A DNA stretch of 64,000 nucleotides from the NCBI GenBank assembly GCA_036676495.1, contig JAKFCT010000027.1:1-64000 (forward strand). The letters are read 5' to 3'. The position numbers and the translations under genes are program-made. Positions 37,545-47,345 of this stretch are shown here, in pieces. The notes under the pieces are model-generated. The model worked only from the letters and a program-made list of their open reading frames with translations, was not told the origin of the DNA and made no database searches. The number at the start of each line of letters is the position of its first letter. The first letter of the stretch is position 1. The DNA is from Candidatus Sericytochromatia bacterium (lineage in GTDB: Bacteria; Cyanobacteriota; Sericytochromatia; S15B-MN24; UBA4093).

Positions 37545-39011
37545 ATGAAGATCAGCAACCTCCAGAACATCGCTATCATTTCTGGGTCCAATCAGATCGT
37601 TCGCATCCTTGCCCTCCTTACCAAGGTCTACCTTGGCAAGGTTTTCACACCTGCCCAGTTCGGGGTGATCAGCCTCGGTGAGCTCTTCCTGTTCTACGCA
37701 GACAAGGCGTACTCGCCGATCCGAGGGGGCATGGATCGGGAAGTCCCACGGTTGAAGGGAAGGGAAGAATACGCCGAGGCGGGCTCGCTCCAAGCCTTGT
37801 CCCTTTACGCGATTGCGCTGCTCTCGGTCCTCATTTCCGCAGGCCTACTCCTTGCCATCGCCGTTTACCAGCCCCAGCAGCACTACGCACTCGCGCTCTA
37901 CGCCGTCATCAACATTCCCCTGGCAATCGTCAACTACTTCCGTATCTACCTCAAGACAGAACGACGATTCGACAAGATCGGCCTCTTCTACCTGGCACAT
38001 TCCGCCGCCACCTTCATCCTGACGATCGCCTTCCTCAGAACCGCAGCCGTAACCACCTACCTTTACATCCTGCTGGTCACCAACCTCATCTTTTCGATCT
38101 TCCTCCTGATGCAGTTTCGCACCAGCCCAGCCCAGCGTCCGAACCGCCAGAGCCTAAAGCTGTTGGCGAGCGCGGGGCTTGCCATGGCCTCCTACGATCT
38201 GGCTTTCGCTCTGTTCGAAGGCGTCGATCGCCTCGTCATCGCCTCGGTGCTCGGCAGTACGGCCCTCGGGCTTTATGCCTTTCCCGTCCTCATCGCGCAG
38301 AACATCCTGATCATCCCGAACTCGATCAACAGCGTGATCTTTCCGGAGTACTTCGAAGCTGTGGCCAAGAAAGACCAAGGGGCTCCCCAACTCCTTGAGA
38401 GTTCCACAGTCCTGGCACAGGCCATCACCCCCATGGTCATCGCAGCGGCCTGGTTCGGATACCCGGTCCTGCTGGATTTCTGGCTGTCCAACTTTGCTCA
38501 AAGCGAGGAGTTCGGCAAAATCCTCTTTCTCTCAGCCTTCTGGAGCGCTTCCTTCACGTTTGGCAGCATCGCCCTGCTCGCCCACAAGCGAACTCGGACT
38601 CTCATTTCCGCCATTCTGGTCGCAACGGCTATTGCTGTCATGCTTTTCTTTCTGACCGCCTCCAGCCAAGCTCAAGGACTTCCCCAAGTCCTCGAACGGG
38701 TCGCCTGGGCCTCGACCGCAGCGGCGGCGACCTTGTCCATCCTGCTATCGGTCTTGGCCGACCGCTGCCATCGTCGCGCGGCTTGGTTCTCGGCATCAAA
38801 GCTGTTAAAGCAAGCTGGCTTGTTCGCCTGGCTCGCCATCCTACTGCTTCAGATCGATACACTCGCCATCCGTGCCTTGGACCATGTCCTGCTACAGGCC
38901 ATCGTCGGAATGGTGGTCTTCTGCTTAGGTTATTACCCATTGCTCGCCGTCGCTGAGATTAAACCGCTTACAGCCTGGGTAAAGAAAAGGATGCCCCCGG
39001 CCCCTATTTAG
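37545..39011 (+). CDS. Wzx-type oligosaccharide flippase
   Basis: About 12-14 TM segments; P.QFG and D...I...LG...LG.Y motifs. Confidence 0.8.
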   Translation: MKISNLQNIAIISGSNQIVRILALLTKVYLGKVFTPAQFGVISLGELFLFYADKAYSPIRGGMDREVPRLKGREEYAEAGSLQALSLYAIALLSVLISAGLLLAIAVYQPQQHYALALYAVINIPLAIVNYFRIYLKTERRFDKIGLFYLAHSAATFILTIAFLRTAAVTTYLYILLVTNLIFSIFLLMQFRTSPAQRPNRQSLKLLASAGLAMASYDLAFALFEGVDRLVIASVLGSTALGLYAFPVLIAQNILIIPNSINSVIFPEYFEAVAKKDQGAPQLLESSTVLAQAITPMVIAAAWFGYPVLLDFWLSNFAQSEEFGKILFLSAFWSASFTFGSIALLAHKRTRTLISAILVATAIAVMLFFLTASSQAQGLPQVLERVAWASTAAAATLSILLSVLADRCHRRAAWFSASKLLKQAGLFAWLAILLLQIDTLAIRALDHVLLQAIVGMVVFCLGYYPLLAVAEIKPLTAWVKKRMPPAPI

Positions 39012-39128
39012 CAAGCGTCTCAGCCCGTTCTCCACCCCGAACATCAATCCGGAAGCCAGGTTTCCTTTTCTCGTGGTTATTTCATCCCGGAACCACCATC
39101 AGCCGTTCCGCTCTAGGTGATCAACAGC

Positions 39129-40556
39129 ATGAAGACCAAGATATCCTTCAACATCTCCGAGTACTCCACCAACCAACTCTATTTCTCACTTAGGGATATC
39201 CTCTCTGCGCACCTCGACGCCGAGTTCCTCTACCCTAACAACGTGAAGCCGGCGAACTTCTCCAAGTTTATGGCCCCCAGCATCACCTCCGAGAACTCGC
39301 TCAACTACTTTGAGTTCACAAAAAGCCTACGTATCACCGACCTCAACCAAGAACTGGACGCAGCCGAGAAACTTTACGGCAACCCGTTTCTGGGTGAGTA
39401 CATCTTTTCGGACCGATGGCTGGCCGACAAGAGCAGGGAGGAGATCCGTCTGCGCATCCTCCAGTACGTACGTTTCTGGGAGCACTTCTTCGAGCGCTTT
39501 AGACCGAACTACTTCATCGCTGGCGGCATTTCGGGCGCTTATCAGTACATCGCTCATGCGGTCAGCCGACACTATGGCGTCACGCCCCTCTACCTGTTCG
39601 GCTCGCAAGTGCCCGGACACTTCTCGATCACGAGCCAACCCTCGCTTTATCGAAACCGCCGCACATGGCTCACCCTGCCCGACCGCGAGGCGATTCGCGC
39701 CTCGGTCGACGGCTACCTCGCGACGGTCTTCGCCAAGGGTGGCAAGGTCGACCTTGATCAGGGCTTGCTCAAGACCGCGAGTTTCAACACCCTGATCAAC
39801 CGCGACAACGTGTCCCGGGCCCTCTCGAAGGTAGCCAGACTGGAAAGCCCGCGGCGTATCCTCACGGCACTTGCCACCAAGCTTACCCCCCCGGTCCGGT
39901 GGAGACTTGCACAGCGCTACTTCCAACTTGACTTTCACCCGGGCTCCGTTCCATTCGTCTACTACCCCCTCCATTTTCAGCCGGAAGCTTCGACTCTGGT
40001 CTGGGCGCCCTACTTCGATAACCAGCTGGCCCTCCTAGAGAACATCTCGAAAAGCCTTCCGGTAGGCATGTCCCTCGTCGTCAAGGAGCACGTCGTAGGG
40101 AAGGGGACCCGTCCACTTTCCTTCTATCGGCGCCTTACCGAGTTGAAGAACATCGTCATCCTTTCCCCTGAATTCGACGGCATGGAGCTAGTGCGACACG
40201 CCCACCTGGTGTTGACCACCAGCGGAACCACGGCCTGGGAGGCCCTGCTGCTCAAAAAGCATCCGATCATCTTCGGCAACTACTGGCTGGAAGAGAGCCG
40301 CCACGTTACCAAGGTCACGGATCTCACGACCCTGAAGCACCAGATCTGTCGGTTGCTGGACCAGGACTTCGAGGCCGACGATGACTGGTATCGCTTCGTT
40401 TACCAGGAAATCAAGAGTTGTTATCCTGGAGTCTTCAACGAACCCAAATCCCTCCCGCGGGTCCTCGACCCCGAAAATGTCAGACTCATCGCGGACGCCT
40501 TGCTCGAAGAGTTCAATCATGCTCCCCGGGCCATGAGCACCGCTCAGGGGAGATAG
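39129..40556 (+). CDS. Capsule biosynthesis protein, KpsS-like (putative nonulosonate transferase)
   Basis: YYPLHFQPEAST, VKEH and SGT..WEA....K motifs. Confidence 0.65.
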   Translation: MKTKISFNISEYSTNQLYFSLRDILSAHLDAEFLYPNNVKPANFSKFMAPSITSENSLNYFEFTKSLRITDLNQELDAAEKLYGNPFLGEYIFSDRWLADKSREEIRLRILQYVRFWEHFFERFRPNYFIAGGISGAYQYIAHAVSRHYGVTPLYLFGSQVPGHFSITSQPSLYRNRRTWLTLPDREAIRASVDGYLATVFAKGGKVDLDQGLLKTASFNTLINRDNVSRALSKVARLESPRRILTALATKLTPPVRWRLAQRYFQLDFHPGSVPFVYYPLHFQPEASTLVWAPYFDNQLALLENISKSLPVGMSLVVKEHVVGKGTRPLSFYRRLTELKNIVILSPEFDGMELVRHAHLVLTTSGTTAWEALLLKKHPIIFGNYWLEESRHVTKVTDLTTLKHQICRLLDQDFEADDDWYRFVYQEIKSCYPGVFNEPKSLPRVLDPENVRLIADALLEEFNHAPRAMSTAQGR

Positions 40557-40558
40557 CT

Positions 40559-41662
40559 TTGCTCAGAAACATCCTGATTGGCGGCGATATCTACGGGCAC
40601 CAGAACATCGGCGATGAAGGGATCCTGAAATCGATCGTCGATGAGGTCCGCAGGCGCCTACCAGATAGCGCGTATCGTGTCCTGACCAGCGACCCGACCA
40701 CGTCTGACTGGCTGAACGTCAAGGCCTACAACCGCCGCTCCTACCTTCAGACGGTGCAGGCGTTCGCTGGCGCCAACTTGTTCATCTGCGGCGGGGGCAC
40801 CATCCTTTCCGACGGCCCAAGGTACGCCCTCCGGCTCACGCAGTTCGCCTCCTACCTCAGGGTCCCCACCGTGATCTTCGGAGTCGGTATGGATCCGGTG
40901 GCCGATCCCGAGATGCGACGTTTCATCGTTCGGGAGTGCAACCGCGTCGGACTCATCCTCGCACGGGACAAGGATGTCCAGGCCCGCCTTCTCGAGTACG
41001 GGGTGACAACCCCCGTCGAGGCCTACGCCGATCCGGCCATGCTTCTCGCTCCGGCGCTCGACACAGAGGTCGATCGGCTCCTGGCTCAGGAAGGGATCGA
41101 CCTGTCCCTGCCCAGCGTGGGATTCTGCATCTCTGGGGAGCCGCACCTCCATGCGCAGACCCCCTACCACGAGCTAGCTCACTATGCGGATACCCTGAAC
41201 GCTGAGTTCGGCCTCCAGGTCGTCTTCATTCCCACCAACTATCGCACCGACCAGGACAACCTGATGATCTCTCGCGTCATGCGCGAGATGAAGCATCCGG
41301 AACGGGCCCGGCACTTGAAGGGAGAATACCGCCCCGAGGCCATCGTAGGGCTGACGAAGCGGCTCTCTTGGCTAATCAGCAGCCGCCTCCACCTGATCAT
41401 CTTCGCCGCCAGCGTTGGGGTCCCCTCCATCGGAATCAGCCGATCAGCCAAGATCGACAGTTTCCTCTCCCGACTGCACGAGGTCCCGGTTTCCGGCATC
41501 GCAGACTTCGATGCGCGCCAGGCGCTGGAATTCACGCGAGACTTCGTCTCACGCCACCAACGCGCTCAGGTGAGGGAGCGCTTCGCTCAAGACATCTCGC
41601 AGATGAAAGACGATGCAACGGCCCTTTTCGATCGCTTGGCACAGCATGTGGCAAGCATCTAG
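40559..41662 (+). CDS. Polysaccharide pyruvyl transferase family protein
   Basis: YG..NIGDE.I, GGG, RD and RLH..I.A...GVP motifs; likely TTG start. Confidence 0.85.
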   Translation: MLRNILIGGDIYGHQNIGDEGILKSIVDEVRRRLPDSAYRVLTSDPTTSDWLNVKAYNRRSYLQTVQAFAGANLFICGGGTILSDGPRYALRLTQFASYLRVPTVIFGVGMDPVADPEMRRFIVRECNRVGLILARDKDVQARLLEYGVTTPVEAYADPAMLLAPALDTEVDRLLAQEGIDLSLPSVGFCISGEPHLHAQTPYHELAHYADTLNAEFGLQVVFIPTNYRTDQDNLMISRVMREMKHPERARHLKGEYRPEAIVGLTKRLSWLISSRLHLIIFAASVGVPSIGISRSAKIDSFLSRLHEVPVSGIADFDARQALEFTRDFVSRHQRAQVRERFAQDISQMKDDATALFDRLAQHVASI

Positions 41663-41683
41663 CCCTTCTCCCACGAGCGCACG

Positions 41684-43153
41684 GTGATGGCTCATGTCAG
41701 GGTCTGGCTCAAGCCCGAATATCTTTGGCTGAGCGTAGGGTTGCTATTAGCCGCACTGGTGGGTGCGACCGCCGTGGTCGCACCCGGCATCCTCGCCGGC
41801 CTGACATACTTGGCCCTCGTACTCGGCACCCTGGCACTCACCATGCGGTTCTGGGGGGAATTCGGGTTCGTCATCACCATCACCCTGCTCATCGTCCTGC
41901 AGAACATTCTCATCATGAGCGGGACGCACCTCGGCGATCCGATGTTCGGACGGGTCGTGCTCGTCACCAAAGAGCTGTTCCTCCTCGGTTTCCTCGGTTT
42001 GATCGCCCTGATGCGCCCGCGCTCCTCTTTACGAATCGCGCAAAGAGAACGATGGCTGCTCGTGCTTGGAGGCATCCTGGCTGGTGCCACCGGGCTGACC
42101 TTTCTCGTTCACCACCTTCCGGTGGCCTCGGTGGTCTTCGGGCTCCGCTCCCTCACCACCCCGATCCTCTTCTACCTGCTGGGACGCTTGATCTGGCTGC
42201 GAACCGCGTGGCGTATGCCGCTCGACGGGCTCTTCCTGACACTCGCATGCGCCCTCGCCCTCTACGGATTCGTTGAGGCCTACATGCTCCCGCAGTCCTG
42301 GGCCATCAACCTCGGACTCCCCTTCATGTACGCCATTAAGGGACTGGACGTCCTGGAGTTCCGCAACTACGGGCTCTTGCCCAACAACTTCTTCTTCACC
42401 GACCTGGACGGCCCGATCCGCCGCATGACCTCCTTCATCTACGAACCCTTATCCTACGGCTACATACAAGGCACGCTGCTGCTCTTCATCATCGCGCGCA
42501 CCTTCCGGAGGGGGTTTCAAGCCGTCCTCCTCAACCCTCTCATCTGGTTGCTTGGCCTGTCGCTGTTGCTGAACTTCGGCCGGGGCCCCATCCTCTTCTT
42601 CATCATCGGCCTCACCTTCCTCCTGGTGCCGACCCCCCGCCGTGCTGTTTGGCTGGCACTGCTGCTCACGGCATTCGGTGGCTCCCTCTATGCACTCGGG
42701 CTCATCCGAGACAACACCGGGGGAACCCACATCCTAGCCCTCTTGTCTGGCTTCTCGTACGCCATGCAACACCCGTTGGGCCTCGGTATCGGCAGTGCCG
42801 GCTTCATGGCCCAGTACTACCTGAGCGACGGCACCGAGACGACGGCTGCCAATGAAAGCTTCGTCGGCATGCTCGGGACGCAACTCGGCATGATCGGCCT
42901 GATCGCCTATCTGATTGTCCACATCAGCATCGCTAAACGCCTGCTACAGGGGCACAACCCCAGGAGTTACGGAGCAAGAGCCTATTACTTCCGGGCCGCC
43001 GCCGGCGCGTTGATTGGTCTCAATGTCTCGGCGCTGTTTACCGCTTCGTCCCATGGCTTTCTTTCCTGCGGCTTGGTGTATATGCTGGCAGGAATGATGA
43101 TGGCGGTCCTAGAGAACGACCTCGACGACGCCCCCGTGAAAGGTGATGCATGA
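41684..43153 (+). CDS. Wzy polymerase / O-antigen ligase-like membrane protein
   Basis: About 12 TM segments; R..S...EP, HPLGLG.G and E......QLG.IG motifs. Confidence 0.7.
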   Translation: MMAHVRVWLKPEYLWLSVGLLLAALVGATAVVAPGILAGLTYLALVLGTLALTMRFWGEFGFVITITLLIVLQNILIMSGTHLGDPMFGRVVLVTKELFLLGFLGLIALMRPRSSLRIAQRERWLLVLGGILAGATGLTFLVHHLPVASVVFGLRSLTTPILFYLLGRLIWLRTAWRMPLDGLFLTLACALALYGFVEAYMLPQSWAINLGLPFMYAIKGLDVLEFRNYGLLPNNFFFTDLDGPIRRMTSFIYEPLSYGYIQGTLLLFIIARTFRRGFQAVLLNPLIWLLGLSLLLNFGRGPILFFIIGLTFLLVPTPRRAVWLALLLTAFGGSLYALGLIRDNTGGTHILALLSGFSYAMQHPLGLGIGSAGFMAQYYLSDGTETTAANESFVGMLGTQLGMIGLIAYLIVHISIAKRLLQGHNPRSYGARAYYFRAAAGALIGLNVSALFTASSHGFLSCGLVYMLAGMMMAVLENDLDDAPVKGDA

Positions 43154-44328
43154 GAGCCTATTACATCGATCCGCTTGCTTTTCATGGAGCGCTCCAGTAC
43201 GACCATGGGCTCTGCAACGCGCTCAGCAAGCACGCCTCCCTGACGCTCGCGACCGCCAGAAATAACCCATTCCTCCCCAGAGCGACCTACGAGGGCCTCG
43301 AGGTTTTCTCAACTAAGGATGGCCTGGGCCTCGCAAGCAAGGCGCTGCGCTATGCGGCCGAGCTCCTGGCCATCTTCTGGCACATGACGAAGAACAAGCC
43401 CGCGATCGTCCACTTCGAATTTCCTTTCTTCACTCCCGCCGAATTTCTCTTCCTCTGGCTTTCAAGCAGAGTGCTTAAGGCCAAGCTCGTCTTCACGGCG
43501 CATGACCTGATCCCCTTCAACGAAAAGCCTTTCGATCGCTGGTTCATGAAGCGAATCTACCAGCTATCGGATGCCATCGTGGTGCATTCCCAAGCCAATC
43601 GCGCTGAGCTACTCGAAGAACTCCCCGACCTCAAGCCCCCTGTGCATGTCGTGCCTCACGGCAACTACTTCCCCTTCATCTCGGTCACCCATGCCAAGGA
43701 GGCCGCCAGGTCCCACCTGGGCCTTCCCCAAGGCCATGAGATCATTCTCTTCTTCGGCATGATCAAGCCCATCAAGGGCTTGGATCACCTCCTGAAGGCC
43801 ATGGCCCTCATCAAGGATCAGCACCCCAACGCGTGCCTTCTGATCGCCGGGAAGGTCTGGATGGATGACTTCTCCCGATACCAGACGACGATCGAAGAAC
43901 TGGGCCTGGCCTCACATGTCATCAGCCATGTGCGTTTCATCGAGGACGAGGACGTCGCGCATTACTACGCCGCAGCCGACGTCGTCGCCCTCCCATACCT
44001 GAAGATTTACACGAGCGGGGTTGCCGTTCTGAGCTCCTGTTATGGCAAGCCGATCGTGGCCTCTGCCATCGGAGGCATTCCGGAGGTCGTCGAGGATGGC
44101 GTGACGGGTGTGCTTGTCCCGCCCGCCGATCCGCAAGCTCTCGCGGACGCCCTCGGGAGGATTCTCGCCGCCTCCCCGCAAGAGCGCGAGGCCATGGGCG
44201 TCCGGGCAGCGGAGAAGATGCGCAACGAGTTCTCCTGGGAGCGCATTGCTGGCATCTTGTCATCTCTCTATCAAAGCTTGACCAAGAGCCCGATTTCTCA
44301 TAGGAATACACATTCAATTGGGGGATAA
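43150..44328 (+). CDS. GT4 glycosyltransferase
   Basis: FFG.I...KG, AD...LPY...SG and GG..EV motifs. Confidence 0.9.
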   Translation: MRAYYIDPLAFHGALQYDHGLCNALSKHASLTLATARNNPFLPRATYEGLEVFSTKDGLGLASKALRYAAELLAIFWHMTKNKPAIVHFEFPFFTPAEFLFLWLSSRVLKAKLVFTAHDLIPFNEKPFDRWFMKRIYQLSDAIVVHSQANRAELLEELPDLKPPVHVVPHGNYFPFISVTHAKEAARSHLGLPQGHEIILFFGMIKPIKGLDHLLKAMALIKDQHPNACLLIAGKVWMDDFSRYQTTIEELGLASHVISHVRFIEDEDVAHYYAAADVVALPYLKIYTSGVAVLSSCYGKPIVASAIGGIPEVVEDGVTGVLVPPADPQALADALGRILAASPQEREAMGVRAAEKMRNEFSWERIAGILSSLYQSLTKSPISHRNTHSIGG

Positions 44329-45555
44329 ATGTTAGAAGAGCAAAGGACATCGGGAGTTGCCACTCTCCAGGAGCAGGAACTCTCTCTAATAGAAGTCACC
44401 CGCATCATTCTCAAGCGAAAAGGACTGATTGCCAGCCTGGCCCTGGTCGCCACGGTCATTGCAACCGGCCTAAGCTTCCTTCTTCCCGATCGGTTCACGG
44501 CGACGGCCACCCTCCTTCCCGTTGAGAAGTCGGCCAACAACAACTTCGCAGCCATCGCCAGCTCGCTGGGAGGCGGCCTGGGCATGTTCGCTCCCGCAGG
44601 CCTCATGGGCCGTGGTGCGACCGACAAGTTCGAGACCATCCTGAGAACCCGAACCCTAACCGAGAAGGTAATCACGCGGCACGATCTGATGCCTGTCATC
44701 TTCGAGAAGCACTGGGATCCAGCCCGCAAGGCATGGAAAACCCCAAAACCACCCACCATGCAGGCTGCCGTGCAGGCCATGAAGAAAAGCGTCCTGATTG
44801 AATCCGAAAAGAAGTCAGGTGTCATTTCCATCAGCTACACGGCTACGGATCCGGAGATGGCGGCCCGCATCTCCAATGCTTACGCGGAAGAACTGGAAGA
44901 CTACCTGAAGAGCAACACGCTTTCCACGGTAAAGCGAAATCGTCTATTCATCGAGGAGCAGTTGGACAAGAACGTGCAGGAGCTCAACCAGTACGAGAGC
45001 GCCCTCAAGAACTTCCATCTCCAGAACAAGATCGTCTCGCTGGATGCTCAAACGCAGGCCTCGATCAAAGCTTATGCCGACCTCAAGGCACGCCTGGTGT
45101 CCGCCGAGGTCGACCTAAAGCTCCTCCAACGGAGTTCTCTTCCTGGCGATCCCAAGGTGCAGCTGAAAGAACAGGAAGTTGCTGAGCTAAAGCTCCAGCT
45201 CAGTAAAATCGAGAACGCATCCGGCGACGGACCGACTGTGACTTTCCAGAAAGCCCCGGAGCTCGGTTTGAGCCAGGCGCGCATCGAGCGCGAGCTCGCA
45301 GTTCGGCGCAAGGTCTTCGAGTTGCTCACCCAGCAGCTCGAGATGGCCAAAATCCAGGAAGCACAGGAAGAAGCCTCGTTCCAGGTGCTCGACGCCGCCA
45401 TCCCGCCCGAAAAGAAGAGCGGACCGAAGCGGGCCATCATCGTGGTCATCGCCCTGCTAGCCTCGACCGTGCTCGGTACCATCCTCGCGTACGCGCTGGA
45501 GTGGCGAAACAGATCGAACTCCCAGCCGAGCAATTCGAACCGCGTGACACTATGA
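44329..45555 (+). CDS. Wzz/GNVR chain-length determinant (no kinase domain)
   Basis: Two terminal TM segments, coiled coil and QVLD.A.PPEKKSGPKR. Confidence 0.85.
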   Translation: MLEEQRTSGVATLQEQELSLIEVTRIILKRKGLIASLALVATVIATGLSFLLPDRFTATATLLPVEKSANNNFAAIASSLGGGLGMFAPAGLMGRGATDKFETILRTRTLTEKVITRHDLMPVIFEKHWDPARKAWKTPKPPTMQAAVQAMKKSVLIESEKKSGVISISYTATDPEMAARISNAYAEELEDYLKSNTLSTVKRNRLFIEEQLDKNVQELNQYESALKNFHLQNKIVSLDAQTQASIKAYADLKARLVSAEVDLKLLQRSSLPGDPKVQLKEQEVAELKLQLSKIENASGDGPTVTFQKAPELGLSQARIERELAVRRKVFELLTQQLEMAKIQEAQEEASFQVLDAAIPPEKKSGPKRAIIVVIALLASTVLGTILAYALEWRNRSNSQPSNSNRVTL

Positions 45556-46709
45556 AAAAGCTCAGGATCTTAGGGACCCGAGGCATTCCTGCCAAGCATG
45601 GTGGCTTCGAGACTTTCGCCGAACACCTAGCCCGCTACTTGGTCAAGCAAGGCTGGAACATTACCGTGTATTGCCAGGCTGAACCTGGGAGCCAGCTGCA
45701 CGAGGAGCACTGGCAAGGCATTCGCCTCATCCACATTCCCGCCGCGCTTTCCGGCGCAGCCAGCACGATCATTTTCGACCTCAAGTCTGTCCTCCATGCC
45801 CTGAGGCATGATGGGGTGGTCCTTACTCTCGGCTACAACACGGCCGTCTTTTGCGGGCTTTTCCGGATCTTCAGGATTAACAACCTGATCAACATGGATG
45901 GCCTTGAATGGAAGCGGGAGAAATGGAGTCACCTTGAGCGTGCCTGGCTATTCGCCAACGAGCGCTTGGGTTGCTGGTTTGGCAACCACCTAGTGGCCGA
46001 TCACCCCGAGATCAAGCACCACTTGATGAGCCGCGCACCAGAAAGTAAGATCACGATGATCCCCTACGGGGCCGATCGGGTTTCGGCAGCCGATCCCACT
46101 CTGATCGAGCCTCTGGGAGTCCGTCCAGGCGAGTATGCCATCGTCATCGCACGCCCCGAACCGGAGAATTCCATCCTGGAGATCGTTCAGGCATTCTCGG
46201 CCAAGCCCCGCGGGCTCAAGCTCGTCGTCCTTGGCACCTTCGCTGCCGATAACCGCTATCACCAGCGAGTGCGGCAGGCGGCAAGCGAAGAAGTCGTCTT
46301 CCCCGGAGCCATTTACGATTCGCCGGTCGTTCAGTCCCTACGGTTCCACGCACGGCTCTACATTCATGGCCATCAGGTTGGTGGAACAAACCCATCCCTC
46401 GTTGAAGCCCTCGGCGCCGGTTCCGCAATCCTGGCCCACGACAATCCCTTCAACCGCTGGGTAGCCGGACCAGGGAACCATTACTTCACCGACGCCGAGG
46501 AATGCCGTCATCATCTGGACGCCATGCTTGACGATGAGACGGAGTTGCAGCTCATGAGGACCGCCAGCGTGGGACGTTTCCAGCAAGACTTTACCTGGCA
46601 AGGAGTTCTCGAGAGCTACGAGTCCCTACTGGAACGCTGGTTGCCCAACGCGAAGTCAACGACCGGAAGCGCCTCAGGGCGAGCGGAGTCTGCATCTGAA
46701 GGCCAGTGA
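45552..46709 (+). CDS. DUF1972-type GT4 glycosyltransferase
   Basis: GTRGIPA.HGGFETF, NMDGLEWKR.KW and HGH.VGGTNPSL.EA motifs. Confidence 0.9.
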   Translation: MKKLRILGTRGIPAKHGGFETFAEHLARYLVKQGWNITVYCQAEPGSQLHEEHWQGIRLIHIPAALSGAASTIIFDLKSVLHALRHDGVVLTLGYNTAVFCGLFRIFRINNLINMDGLEWKREKWSHLERAWLFANERLGCWFGNHLVADHPEIKHHLMSRAPESKITMIPYGADRVSAADPTLIEPLGVRPGEYAIVIARPEPENSILEIVQAFSAKPRGLKLVVLGTFAADNRYHQRVRQAASEEVVFPGAIYDSPVVQSLRFHARLYIHGHQVGGTNPSLVEALGAGSAILAHDNPFNRWVAGPGNHYFTDAEECRHHLDAMLDDETELQLMRTASVGRFQQDFTWQGVLESYESLLERWLPNAKSTTGSASGRAESASEGQ

Positions 46710-47345
46710 GCGGCAGCAAAGCTTCGGCAAAGCCCTGATTGCGATGCTCATCAAGAAACTGGATAGGGTAACGGGACGCTAATACTTGACCAGAAGGCGA
46801 CTCGTCTGGAAGAGCAGTTCGCCGGGGCGCATCTCTTACAGGCGACTCTCACGGCGTTGAGCGGTGCGGTAGTCTACGTGGACTATCAGTTCTCGAAGGA
46901 GGTGGAGCACTCCACCAGGAATACAAGGGTCCGCTACGGCTACGTCCAATGCCTCACAGGCTCGACCGGCGGATTCGAGCGCATTCACGCGCACAAGGTG
47001 ACCGAGCACGCCGGTCGCAGAGGCAATGCTCGGAACTCGCTGAAGCGGACCTAGCATCGAGGAAAAAAGCGAGATGCGGCCCAAATCTTGAGTCCTGGTA
47101 GGTGGAAGGAGACACTCAAAACCCAACAAGAGGCAGGTATCATGAGCCTTCCAACCCTGTATCAGAGCGATTACTGACGAACCCGCGTGTGAGATGACAT
47201 CTAGATGTGGTGCCCTGCGCTAAGGCCGATCAAACGGTCGAACTCTAGCCAATATCCAGGAGCTTCGCGGGTTGGATCCCGCTCGATTCCTTGCTATAAT
47301 GGCCCTGTTTGCCCGAACAGGGCCTTTTCCAGACTATCGAGGGGA

